Below, piece after piece: positions 12,143 to 23,200 of a stretch of 64,000 bases of DNA. The notes under the pieces are model-generated. The model ran no database searches. It saw only the letters and a list, made by a program, of their open reading frames with translations, and was not told the DNA's origin. Location: NCBI GenBank assembly GCA_010909165.1, contig VJWM01000063.1, forward strand, positions 1,364,001 to 1,428,000. The letters run 5' to 3'. Each line of letters begins with the position of its first letter. Position 1 is the stretch's first letter. Source of the DNA: Anthoceros angustus (taxonomy: Eukaryota; Plantae; Anthocerotophyta). A program made the translations under genes and the position numbers.

Positions 12143-12802
12143 ATGTGCAAAAAGCGAAGCATGAGCATCGTTGAGTCAAGACCGAGACGATCTCGGCGTA
12201 AGCAAACGAGAGCCGCCGTCCGTAAGGGAGCCATGGAGATAAATATCGAGCTGCTCAGGCCCCGTGGTGGTCATAGTTTACCAACATCGCCACAGGCTGC
12301 AAGATGGAGGCTTGGCGCAAGCGAAACCGGGCTATCGTGAGATGGCGTTCTTGCCATCGCCGACCGGGTTCTGCTCCCGAATGTAATGGTCGACCCCAGC
12401 CCGTATTGTGCTGTAGAGAGAGCTCGGCACCCGGATGGCTGGCCTACTCAGGCAGACCGCAACTTGGTAGAACACCTATCACTGACGCTGAAGAAGATGG
12501 AGGAGCTCGACGGCATCCTGCAGTCTGCTAAGCTGAGATCGATAGAGCTGGAAGACTTGTGCAGGACGACCCCTCCTCGTGAGCCAAGAATGTTCCCACT
12601 CACGGTGCCTGAGATAAAGGCCATGGTCGGCGAGTTGGAGAAGATGGGGTTCGTAGGCACCCTAGGAGACATCGGCCCTGGTGTAGGTCTCACGTACGAC
12701 CCATATCCACCATCACCACCTGCAGGGCCTCCTGTTGGACCAACTTGGCATCCAGAGTCGCCATCTCAGTCTGGTAAGCAGCTCAGCAGTCTGTTTGTTT
12801 AA
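12143..12802 (+). CDS. Antisense extra ORF of Copia-3 between pol and the 3' LTR (one internal TGA), unknown function
   Basis: ORFs 12143-12340 and 12386-12802 are in the same frame, separated by a single TGA. Arg-rich N-terminus (SRPRRSRRKQTR) and Pro-rich C-terminus. Confidence 0.55.
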
Positions 12803-12983
12803 AGAGATCACAGAACCAGCTCACGACAAGATGTGACGTGACAGCTTCATCCACTGAACTGGGTCTGTTTAAATGTGCAGGAGAGGAGAGCACACCGAAG
12901 CTTTTCAAGGAGGGCTTTGACGCCTAGGAGACAGCAAGATAAAAATCCTGTAGAAGACCTCTTTCCTAGGTCAGGCGTCCATG

Positions 12984-15900
12984 TTAAGAGCTAACAGGAG
13001 TAGGTAGCACAAACTCCCGAAGCCCTAAAGCTTCCATGTGCTTGTAGTGCTTGGAAGCAGACAGTCCCTTGGTAAGAACGTCTGCTGTATTAGCATCAGT
13101 GTTTATGTACTGAACTATTGCAACTCCTCTTTCTGCCACATCCCTTATATAATGGTGATAAAGCTCAATGTGTTTTGTGCGTGCATGGAATCTGGGGTTG
13201 GCCACCAGTGCTATTGCCGACATATTGTCACAGTACAGCTGTGTAGCACCTGGCTGGGTCATGTGGACAGAGTCGAGAAACTGCCTTTCCCACTCCAACT
13301 CCTTACATGCATCAGTCAAAGCTTTGTACTCAGCTTCTGTGGATGAAAGTGCTAAAGACGTTTGTTTTTTACATGACCAGTTAACAGCCCCAGAAGCAAG
13401 AAGGCACACATAGGCAGAAAGGCTGCGACAAGTATCTGAGTCGGAAGCCCAATCTGCGTCTGCAAAAGCTGTAAGTAGAAAGTCTCGATTTCCACTGGAA
13501 GTATAATGCAAGCCATAGGTTATGGTGCCCTTTAAATAACGATAGATATGACAGCCTGCCCGCCATGGAGGCCCGTGGTTCTTGAAATTGAGCAACAACA
13601 CCGACAAAGGCGATGTCGGAGGTCCAATTGGCCAAAAATCAGACCCAACAAACGATATGGACACTAGACATATGATCTTCCTCCTCTGCTGTGCAAGGTG
13701 AATGATCGGCTGTGAGCTTCTCACCAACGACACAAGGAGTAGACACAGGACGAGTCTCATGTAAGTGAAAGCGTTTTAAGATCTCCTTAAGATACTTGGT
13801 TTGATGTAAGATAACAGTGCCCTAACTTCTGTCCCGCAAGATCTGTATGCCCAGACAGAACTGAAGAGGGCCTTGATCTGTCATTTCAAACTCGCTGCGA
13901 AGGAGGGCCTTAACCTTGTCGAGCTGGACCAAACTGTTGCTCAGAAGTATGGCATCATCAACATAAAGGGCCAGCACTACGAACAAGCCTCCCTCAGATA
14001 AGTAAAAAACATTACTGTCAGCAGGAGACTGCAGAAAGCCTGACTTCATAAGGAACTTCATAATACGCTTGAACCATGCTCGTGGGCTTTGCTTCAAGCC
14101 ATATATTGTCTTAAGCAATTTACAGACCTTGTTGGGCCACTGCTTGCTAACGAAACCCTCGGGCTGCTCCATATACAGAACCTCCTCTAGCTCACCATGA
14201 AGAAATGCTGTACAGACATCCATCTGGTGAAGTTCTAAGTCGAGTTCTGCTGCCAGGGCAAGAAGGATGCGAACTGAAGGAGGTTTCACAACTGGTGAAA
14301 AGGTGTCACCGTAGTCGATGCCAGGTATCTGTGAGAACCCCCTCGCAACAAGTCTGCTCTTGTAACGAGCTATTGTTCCATCCGATTTTAACTTGGTTTT
14401 AAATACCCACTTGCAGGTAATAGGCTTCCTGCCTGGAGGGAGATCAGCAAGTTCCCAGGTGTGATTCTTGATAAGGCTGTTGTACTCATCATTAATAGAG
14501 ATATGCCAATGAGCACCATCAGGCCCATTCAAGGCTTCGTCATAAGAGGATCGGGTGCCTTCGTGAACATGTGTCGAATGGCATGAGTACATAGCCTTCT
14601 AAAGTCGATTGATTGGTAAGGAGCCTCCACCCACTGATCTCTTGGCCTCCTTTCTCGTGTAGGGTATCGAGGTGAATCAGGAGCTGGCTGGCGGAAGGTC
14701 GTGAGGTGCTTCCTTGAACATCAGCAGAGCACCGGTGACCCAAAGATCATGATCCGAGAAGAAACCAAGGTCATCAACAGTCACCTCCTCTGCGGGGTCA
14801 GCAGCAACTGTATCCTGAACAGGTGGAGCATCCCCCTCGTACGCAGCATCAGCTGGCAGGGAATCACCTGGAACATCATGTGCAGGATGGACAGGAGGCT
14901 GCTGGCCTAACAGGTCATCTACACCAGCACGATCTGTGGAGGTGGGAGCCTCACCATCAGATTGTGGATAATCAGATAAGTTCCCCACGACATCTGGAGT
15001 TACATCTCTGCCGGGATGTATAAGTGGGTTAGGTGACAGTGCAGTCTGGGGACTATGCAGCTCATCAAATGTGACGCTACGTGCTAGGGTTATCTTAGAT
15101 GTTTCAGGATCAAGTAGCTTGTAGGCTTTTGACTCTTCTGAGTAACCTACAAACACTAAACGCTTGGCCCTGTTTTCTAACTTATTGCGTTTGACTTCAG
15201 GTATGAACGCATATGCAAGAGACCCAAAAACACGTAAGTGCTTCAAACTAGGCTTTCTACCCCAGAATGCTTCATAGGGAGTTTTGTTAGGTACAGCTGA
15301 TGTGACCAAACGATTGTGTATGTAGGTAGCAGCCACCACTGCCTCTGCCCAAAAAGACTTTGGCAAAGAGGCCCAAGACAGCATGCTCCTAGTCATTCCC
15401 ATCAACGTCTGGTTCTTCCGTTCAGCAACTCCATTCTGCTGTTGCGTATAAGGAACAGAGAGCTGCCTTGTGATTCCATACTGCTCAAAGAGATCATCAA
15501 GGTTATGACCTGTAAACTCCCCTCCGTTATCGGTTCTAAAACACTTGACCAACTTTCCAGTCTGTCTCTGAACCACGGGGATCCATTTGAAGATCTGTTC
15601 ATAGACATCACTCTTGACTTGAGGCTTAGCGTCCAAGTGTATACGGAGTAGTCATCTGGATCGAGATAGATAATCACCACCCAAGCTCTTAACAGGTAAC
15701 TTTCCTGCTATGTCTGCATGTATAAGCTCCAGAACTTCTTTAGCACGTGTTGGCTCTTTATTTCTGAAGGGCAGCTCCTTTTGTTTTGACAGAATGCAAG
15801 GAGCACATGTCGACAAATGCTTGAAACAGCTAGGCAACTTTTCTCGATAGAAGTTTGAGTTGGACATGAGGTCTAACTTAGATCTGTTCACATGCCCAAA

Positions 15901-17443
15901 CCTAGCATGCCAAAGGTTAGCCTGAACATTAAAAGCAGCAAATAGCGCTCTAGCCTTGGACTTAGCAACTGTAACTAGTTGATATAAGTCATTTACTAGA
16001 ATGGCCTTTGCTATGTGCTTATCAGGGTGTGACAGGTGATACATATAGCATTTGCTGTCCTCAAAACGGAACCCATACAACTTACTCTGTGCAATGGCTC
16101 TTATGGACAACAGATTTTTACTCATGGCTGGAACATATAACACATCTTCCAGATGCAAGGTGCTGCCGTCTAACAAAGGTATGTTAACGACACCCACCCC
16201 TTTTACCTCAACACCACGAGAGTCGCCAACAAACACTGATTGTGGCGTTGTCTGTTTGTGAAATGTTGAGAAGAGCTGACGATTATTGCACACATGCGCA
16301 GTAGCTCCAGAATCAAGAAACCAATAATTGGAGTTCTCACGATAAGACAAAGTAGACTGCTTTGCTCTTGTGTCTGTTCAGAGCATCAAATTATCGCCAC
16401 GTGAGCCGAGGTTTGGATTCGCTTGCCACTGCTTTCTTCTTCCGGCAGTCTCTTTCCCAGTGACCCGGAATACCACACCAGTTGCAATTACCCTGGCGTT
16501 TAGTGGAGCCAGAAGAGATACTCTTGTTCTGTCCACTGTTTGTATTGGTTGAATTGTTGCTGCTGGGCTTCTTCTTACTGTCTTTCCCCCTCCAAGGGCC
16601 TTTTCCTCTTGCAGCAAAAAGGACCTTGTCACCCCGAAGGCGTGAAGAAGAACCAGTCTTGCGACTCTGCTCTTCCTGGAGAAGGGCGTGAACCACCTCA
16701 TTGAAATTGATGGTAGTTTCCAAAAGTGCTGACATATGAGTCCACGAGAGATGCGTGCGGCTGAACACAAATATACGATAGGAAGGAGGAAGGCTGGCAA
16801 TGAGCTGAGCTGTCATGTCCACCTCGGAGACTTTACAGTTGAGCCCAGACAACTGCGCTCTCAAGTAACGCAGCTTGTTCACATGGGCTCCAACAGATTC
16901 ACCATCCTTCAGACGCAAAGCATGAAACTGATTCCGAACAGCTACCAGAGTAAGAATATTTTGTACTTGGTACGTGTCCAAAAGTTGTTTCCATGTAGCT
17001 GCTGCCGTAGTATGAAATTCCACTTCCGAAACTGTGGTTTCATCAAGTCCTGACAGCAAGATCGCAAACGCAATCTTATTTCCCTTCTTCCACTTGTCAA
17101 TGACATCCTGTGCGGGTTGTTGTCCACCAGCAGGTACAATGGAAGGGTCCGGAAGAGATCCATCGACAAACTCCCACACGTCGCGAGCGTTGAGGTTTGC
17201 CTTCATGCGAGCTCTCCAACTCTCAAAGCGAGAAGGTGTCCCATCAAACCTGTCCTTTTCTTTGAATTCTCCTGAGTAGATAGAACCAACAGATTGGGTG
17301 ACAGGTGGTGGATTATTGGAACCCATTGTGACAGGTTGAACGTGTGTGTTGACAGGTGTATGAACAGGATTAGGGAGTGAGAACAACCAGGCAAATGGTT
17401 CATCTCCGTCTGAATCACTGTCAGAACTGTCCCAAAGAGACAT
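12984..17443 (-). CDS. Copia-3 gag-pol (gag, PR, IN, RT, RNaseH), split by several frameshifts
   Basis: CNWCGIPGHWERDC knuckle; WFLDSGATAH; FRTDNGGEF; MDVCTAFLHG; LYVDD; FADADWA..LSSTEAEY..YCDNMSAI. Confidence 0.95.
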
Positions 17444-17673
17444 ACACTAAGATAAGTATCTTCTAAGTGCTGTGTGTTTTATGTGTGACTGTAGAACTAA
17501 TGTGGGGTCTGTGTGAACAGGTGCACTTAAGTTGTTGGTGAAGCGGTAAGGTAGAACTGAAACGGTGTACCAAACCCTAAAAACCAGAAAAGTCACACAA
17601 CAACCAACTAACTTATGCTCTAAACCTAACGTGTAGGTGCAAGAGATTACAAGCGGTGCAGAATTGCAGCCAT

Positions 17674-18432
17674 TCACAGAGCCAAGGCAGGGGTGCATAC
17701 CGAGGCTGTCCCAGCAGCACCTTGATCAGGGGCGCCGGTTGAGAGCAGGAAACCAGGCTTGCAGAGCTGCTCGCTATGGCAGAATGCCGCTTCAAATCTG
17801 AACCCTTGTGTATCACTGAGAGCCAGCACCTGGCTGATGGCCAGCACAGGCTTGCACTCCTTTGTGGGAACAAGAGATTCCAAGAACAGCGCTGCTGCAG
17901 GCTGCACCTTAGAAATTGGTGTAGGTCTGAAGTGAACTGTTAAATTGGAAAGATCATTTGCCACATTGAGCACCTCACGCCGAACAGAATCAATGTCTGA
18001 CGAGATGCCCACCAGAGATGGAGATGTGTTTGTAATAAACCGTGTGAGCATGGACTCTACAACCTCAAGCCGGAGCAGAATCCTGTCTGTAGCAAATGGA
18101 TCCGACGTAAGGTAAGGTTGCTCTTCAACAATTCTCTGCCCTCCTCTTGCAGGTGCAGGTAACTCCTCGTCTTCACCAACTCGCTGCTCCAAACGGTCTA
18201 GCAAGTGCTGGCGATATGCTGCCACACGGCCTTCAAAACTGTTTGGGGAAGCTGATGCTGCTGCAGCACGAATGCTGTGATTTCTCCTAGCACGCATTCC
18301 ATCTCTGTCAGCAATCCAGCCATCTGTTATCAGCTCATTGTGGCGCCTTTGGATGTACTCCTCCCTGGCTAGAGCTCTAGAAGAATTGTTGATAGGTGGA
18401 CGTCCCCAACGTCGTCCATTTCTCCTAGGCAT
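17674..18432 (-). CDS. Extra sense ORF upstream of Copia-3 gag (252 aa), unknown function
   Basis: Uninterrupted 252-codon ORF starting MPRRNGRRWGRPP, located between the PBS and gag. Confidence 0.6.
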   Translation of the reverse strand: MPRRNGRRWGRPPINNSSRALAREEYIQRRHNELITDGWIADRDGMRARRNHSIRAAAASASPNSFEGRVAAYRQHLLDRLEQRVGEDEELPAPARGGQRIVEEQPYLTSDPFATDRILLRLEVVESMLTRFITNTSPSLVGISSDIDSVRREVLNVANDLSNLTVHFRPTPISKVQPAAALFLESLVPTKECKPVLAISQVLALSDTQGFRFEAAFCHSEQLCKPGFLLSTGAPDQGAAGTASVCTPALAL

Positions 18433-18821
18433 TTTTCCAGACTAGGATGCTAGTATTCATCTAGCAATATTCTTATTGTTTACTACACATGTGTGCAGGC
18501 AGGCGAACCCGCGTTATCATCAGATACATGCATCTATCTAATGATAAATGTAGATGTTCGCTGATAACCCTGTTTCGCTTGCCATGCTCTACATGAATTT
18601 AGCTACGTGCCTAGCTAAAGTAAACAAAGTGCAGCGGAAAGATCAGAGACACGGCTCTGATACCATGACACGAATTAGAGAACACACACAAACATGTACT
18701 CAACAGAATGATTGATTAAATTAATGAACAAAATTGTGTCTTATATACTGTGTTAAATATAAACCCTAATCGTTAACTAAGTGAGGTTAACTAACCAAGA
18801 GTAACAAACTCTAACAAACAC

Positions 18822-19373
18822 CAATTCACTGTCCCCTATACTCCTTCACAGAATTCTTTTGCTGAAAGAAAGAATCGCACACTACAAGAGGCAACTTTGG
18901 CAAGTCTCCTGTTTGCTGGCCTTTCGCGTGGGTATTGGGCAGAGGCTCTCATGGCCACCAACTACATTCAGAATCGACTGCCAAGTAAGGAGCTTGGCTC
19001 TATCACTCCATACGAGAGGTGGACTGGTAAGAAACCTAGAATTTCTCATTTACGGATTTTCGGATCTCCTGCATATGCTCTCATCCCTGCTGAGTTGCGC
19101 ACCAAACTTGATCCCAAAGCACATCGTCGAATCTTTGTTGGGTATTCCGACGAGGTAAAGGGATACAAGCTTTTTGACCTGCCAGGCGGACACTAACCAG
19201 CTCTCGTAGTGTGGTGTTTCATGAGCAAGCTCTCCTTCAACGACATGCTCGCCAGATTCTTCCTCAAGCACCAGAAGAAGGTCTTTCCTATCATGGTGTT
19301 CTGGATACTGAAGATTCTGTAAACCAAGATGCCGTCACCATTTTTGATGACGAGGATGAACAAGGTCTCCTAA
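18822..19373 (+). pseudogene. Copia-2 integrase C-terminal part
   Basis: QNSFAERKNRTL..YWAEA..NRLPS..TPYERWTGKKPRISHLRIFGS..KLDPKA. Confidence 0.9.
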
Positions 19374-20299
19374 GAAGTAGAGACGACTCCTCGTCTCTAC
19401 TTTTGAGGGTGTGAAATTTGGGGTTTGACGATGGAAAACCGTGCTTTGTCACGTTTTCAAAACTGTGGCCAAAATCTTAAGTGTGAAAGTCCGAAGTGAA
19501 GAATGAAACCATGTATTTTTAGGGTTTTCTCTAGTATGGTTTTTTTTTTGGGTAACACAATCCTCTAATTATCCACCACAAAATGGTTACAGTCGAAGAT
19601 GGAAACCATATGTAACAAGCCATGTAGTCATATGGACATCATGAATTTCAAAATGTCGACATAACGGGTTTGAAGGGTTGCATGCATGAACGGTAAACAA
19701 AAGAAGGTGGATGCCGCATCACTGTAATTCTATGACCGTGGATATCCGGTGAACGCGGCTTCATCAGTGAACTTCGACTCCAGCGCAAGTCAAGTGTTGG
19801 GTTCCCGGATAGTGGCGATCATTTCTATGTTGCGAAACATGACATGAAATCGGAGGCCGTGCGGCATTCTCCGTGCTCTCGAAAGTCCCCTCGAGGCACC
19901 AACGCGTTTGGATGTGTTGAGCGTCATTTCGAACCTCACCGCTAACCGACATAATCCATGCCCATTGGCCTAACCTAATCGGCTACAATGTTACGCATGC
20001 GTGGTAGCCGTGCCGTATGACATATCCATGAATCTGGGATGGTTATGTCATCGGACATGCTCAATGCTTGATCACGTATGTGGGTCTTGATTTTGAGCTA
20101 TTTTACGGGTTATGGCGGCGGCGGGGTTCTTATTGCAAGGGTGATCATGGGCCGCTATGGTAGCATCACGCCTCAACATTCAATGGCGACAAAGAACAAA
20201 GCGCAAAATCGTATGCTTGCAATCCGGTGAAAACAAGCACACGAGAACATGCACTCGGGTTGTGGTCATCACCGGGACCGGACAAAGATAGCTCGATCC

Positions 20300-23200
20300 G
20301 GCCTCAACACGGTTGTCCGGTGTTTGTGCTCACCAGGTAAGCGGACACCTCTCCATGCGTCGTCTCACCAACGATGCTGGAGTCGAAGGAAACAGTTGCG
20401 GGCATTACCAATGCCCCACCCAGCAGTCACTGAGATTCACAACCATTAGGTTCAAATGCCCAGTCTTTCCGGTCATGCGGCCTATCCATGGTAGGGGTGA
20501 ACCAATGGATCATAGTCCTTAGTGGTCGTGTCCAAGGGAAGGTGACCTTGTCCATCGCCGCCCGAGGCTGTAGCACTATGTTCTGTGCCCAAACTCGCCA
20601 TGTGCCCAGGCTCCCTATTACCTTTGTCAAGCAATGCCACATACAGCCCAAGACATGGAAGGATCATCACACCTGGGTGTAGAATGCTTTCCGATTGCGT
20701 GGCGCTTGAGATCCACAAAAGCCGGCTCCTTGCCACATTGTTCATCATCGGTTCTTTGGTGAGCGTCTTAGGCCCGCGTAGCCTTCAACCTCTCCCAACT
20801 CTTCCTCCTCGCTTGGCGGTTCTCTAAAGTATTGAGACGGAGGTCCATGAATTGAGCTGCTGGGATCTCGTCTCACGATATCACGTTGCGTCCGCGCGAG
20901 AGCGGCTACCATACGATCCGAGCACACCCATCCAGACCCACTCGCCTTCCACGTATGCGGCTCCATCAACTTCCTCAACAACTGATAGGCCGGTATGGGA
21001 AACTACCTATCATCTGGCGTGTTATAACACGACTTATGTTCCACCTTCTCCTCAAAGCGGGTTGTCAACCTGCCATCATTCATAACGATTGAAGCTGCGT
21101 GGTGAGAAATGTTGTGGCACACAATCGCTTCAACGATCCAGCCCTCGTGGTGATATAATCCCCTGCATCATACAGCTTGTCTGTTGCAACGCTTTCACAT
21201 TAGTTTTGTGCCAGAAGCACGAAGTGACACTCCCTTTACAAGCAAGCAAAACCTCCCGTACCATGGACATGTCATCTGGGGAATGAAATACCACGACGCG
21301 AAATACCTCTGATGTCGTGATGCCCTGGAATTGCAATATGATATTTTCAAACTCATCGCGGCTGAATCGCGTGTCATACTCCTTGGAGTTGGCATCCAGA
21401 TGCAACCCTCGTGGCAAGTCCAATAGGAACAGGGCAAGCGGACGGGTTCCACAACGAGCCATTCTCACGATGTTACCACATATTATTCCTATCACATGAT
21501 CTCCGGAAGCATCTCGATCGTCTTCAACTTATCGGTGGAGGTCTCCGCAAGTCGGCTCATCATAATCTTCCATGCTTTGGCCTTCAACACATGTTCCTTG
21601 AAACTCTCGAGTGCACTCCACGTTAGGCAAGCATTGGCTCGCACACAAGGCAAAAACCATCAACCATGAGTGTTCATGGGCATATGGGAGTGTACATGGG
21701 CATAGCGTTGATCTTGGCTCGTCGGATGCCCACCCGGCATTCTTATAGAAATCAAACATATGACAAGCACCGGCCGTCCGGTGTGGACATTCCATACTTG
21801 CTCAGGTTCTCACTTACCATATTTTTGAAAGCCGGTTGGAAGTTCGATCACAGTGTCTTGTATTGAGGATACCGCTCCTAACACCTCAAAGCGTCTACAA
21901 TTCGGGTTCTTCGCAAGTGTAGCGTGAATGAGGTTCGATTTTTGGCTTTCTCCACCCAATCCGCATTTGCGTAAACTCATTTCCCAGACAAGACCTTCAT
22001 GCATCTTGTCTTCAAATTGTTGTTGCCGAATGTTCAATCCTTGAAAGCACTTCCACACTCTCGCACATCCGCATCTTTAACCTCTATGACTACAAGGTCT
22101 CGCAGTGCGGTGATTGTGACTTCCCTCGCCTTTGTTTGTTTGGCGGCTAGGGCTCGGGCCGCATCTATTTGTTCGAACAGCGCTTACATTCCCACTTCTC
22201 AAATATCTCGTCCACATACCTCCACACTTCTTCATCAACCTTCGCCACGCGATAATCAAGTGTCCGTTGTCCACCGTGATATCGAACCTTGGGGCCATGC
22301 TTTGCGCATCCCACTTGGGGATCCTGCCTAGGCGGGCATACACATCCAGCTTCCAGTCTACATCGCACTTCAAGCCCTTCGCTCTCCTGCACATCAACTC
22401 ACTCCTGATGTACCGTACCTTGTCCATGAAGGTGAATGTCTTCCTGGCATCTGCGATGGTGTTGTGGTCCGTGGCTACGATCCTCATCTCGTCCTCAGTG
22501 AGTCCAGCTAGCACATATGCATCCATCCACTTGAACTCTTCCTTCAGTGGGTACGGATCGAGCGGGACCTTGCACGGAAGGAATGGTTCCCTCCCAAACG
22601 AAGAAATTGTAAAGCCCTCATCCACCTTCTCAACGTCAAAGTTCTCTTTGTGAGGACACTGCGGTCGACAACCACAACCATTGGCGGCACCACTACCCAT
22701 GGGCGGTGTTTCATCTTGCATCAAAGCCTCTACCCACGCGAGATCCGCTTCCTCACCTTAGGCGCCTCACAGATCTTGAAGTCTGCGGCCTTGATTGGCA
22801 ACTTCAAGGTAGACTCCCAGACTCTCTTGATAGCAATACCGTCCCTTTCAACGTCCCGACTTGCATCTGCTTTTATGGCAGCGAGCCTATCATCGTCAGT
22901 GGCGACCGCGCTGTCCTTAGCTCTCTCCACAAACCTTGGCGTGGTGGAACCTCTTCCTCCTCCTCCTCCACAATTCCAGGCTTCTCCGTCTTGCCACAGG
23001 TTTCTTGGCTTTCACACTACCGCCGCCTTTGTGATATGTTTGCCATCTGGGGCCTCTCCTCTTTCCCCTTTCTTCAAATTTCCCACCGTGAAGGCCTCTG
23101 CTGCACCCTCCGATCGAGGCAGCCCCAGAGGCGAACCATCACGTGCGAGGATAATATCCAGGTCATCCGCTCATCGCCTCTTCTTGAGTTCTCCTCCTCC

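Larger units (their letters stand above)
11895..18816 (-). mobile_element. Ty1/Copia LTR retrotransposon Copia-3, young, nested in the Copia-2 integrase
   Basis: 151-bp TG...CA LTRs at 11895-12045 and 18666-18816 differing at one position; PBS (GCTCTGATACCA on +) ending at 18665; PPT at about 12046-12058; TSD AACAC at 11890-11894 and 18817-18821. Excision restores GIKH-QFTVPYTP. Confidence 0.97.

Noticed and set aside
19374-19402. Terminal hairpin as a Helitron/Helentron end
   Set aside because: Both ends carry matching TIRs, the element encodes a DDD transposase, and no Rep/helicase motifs were seen.
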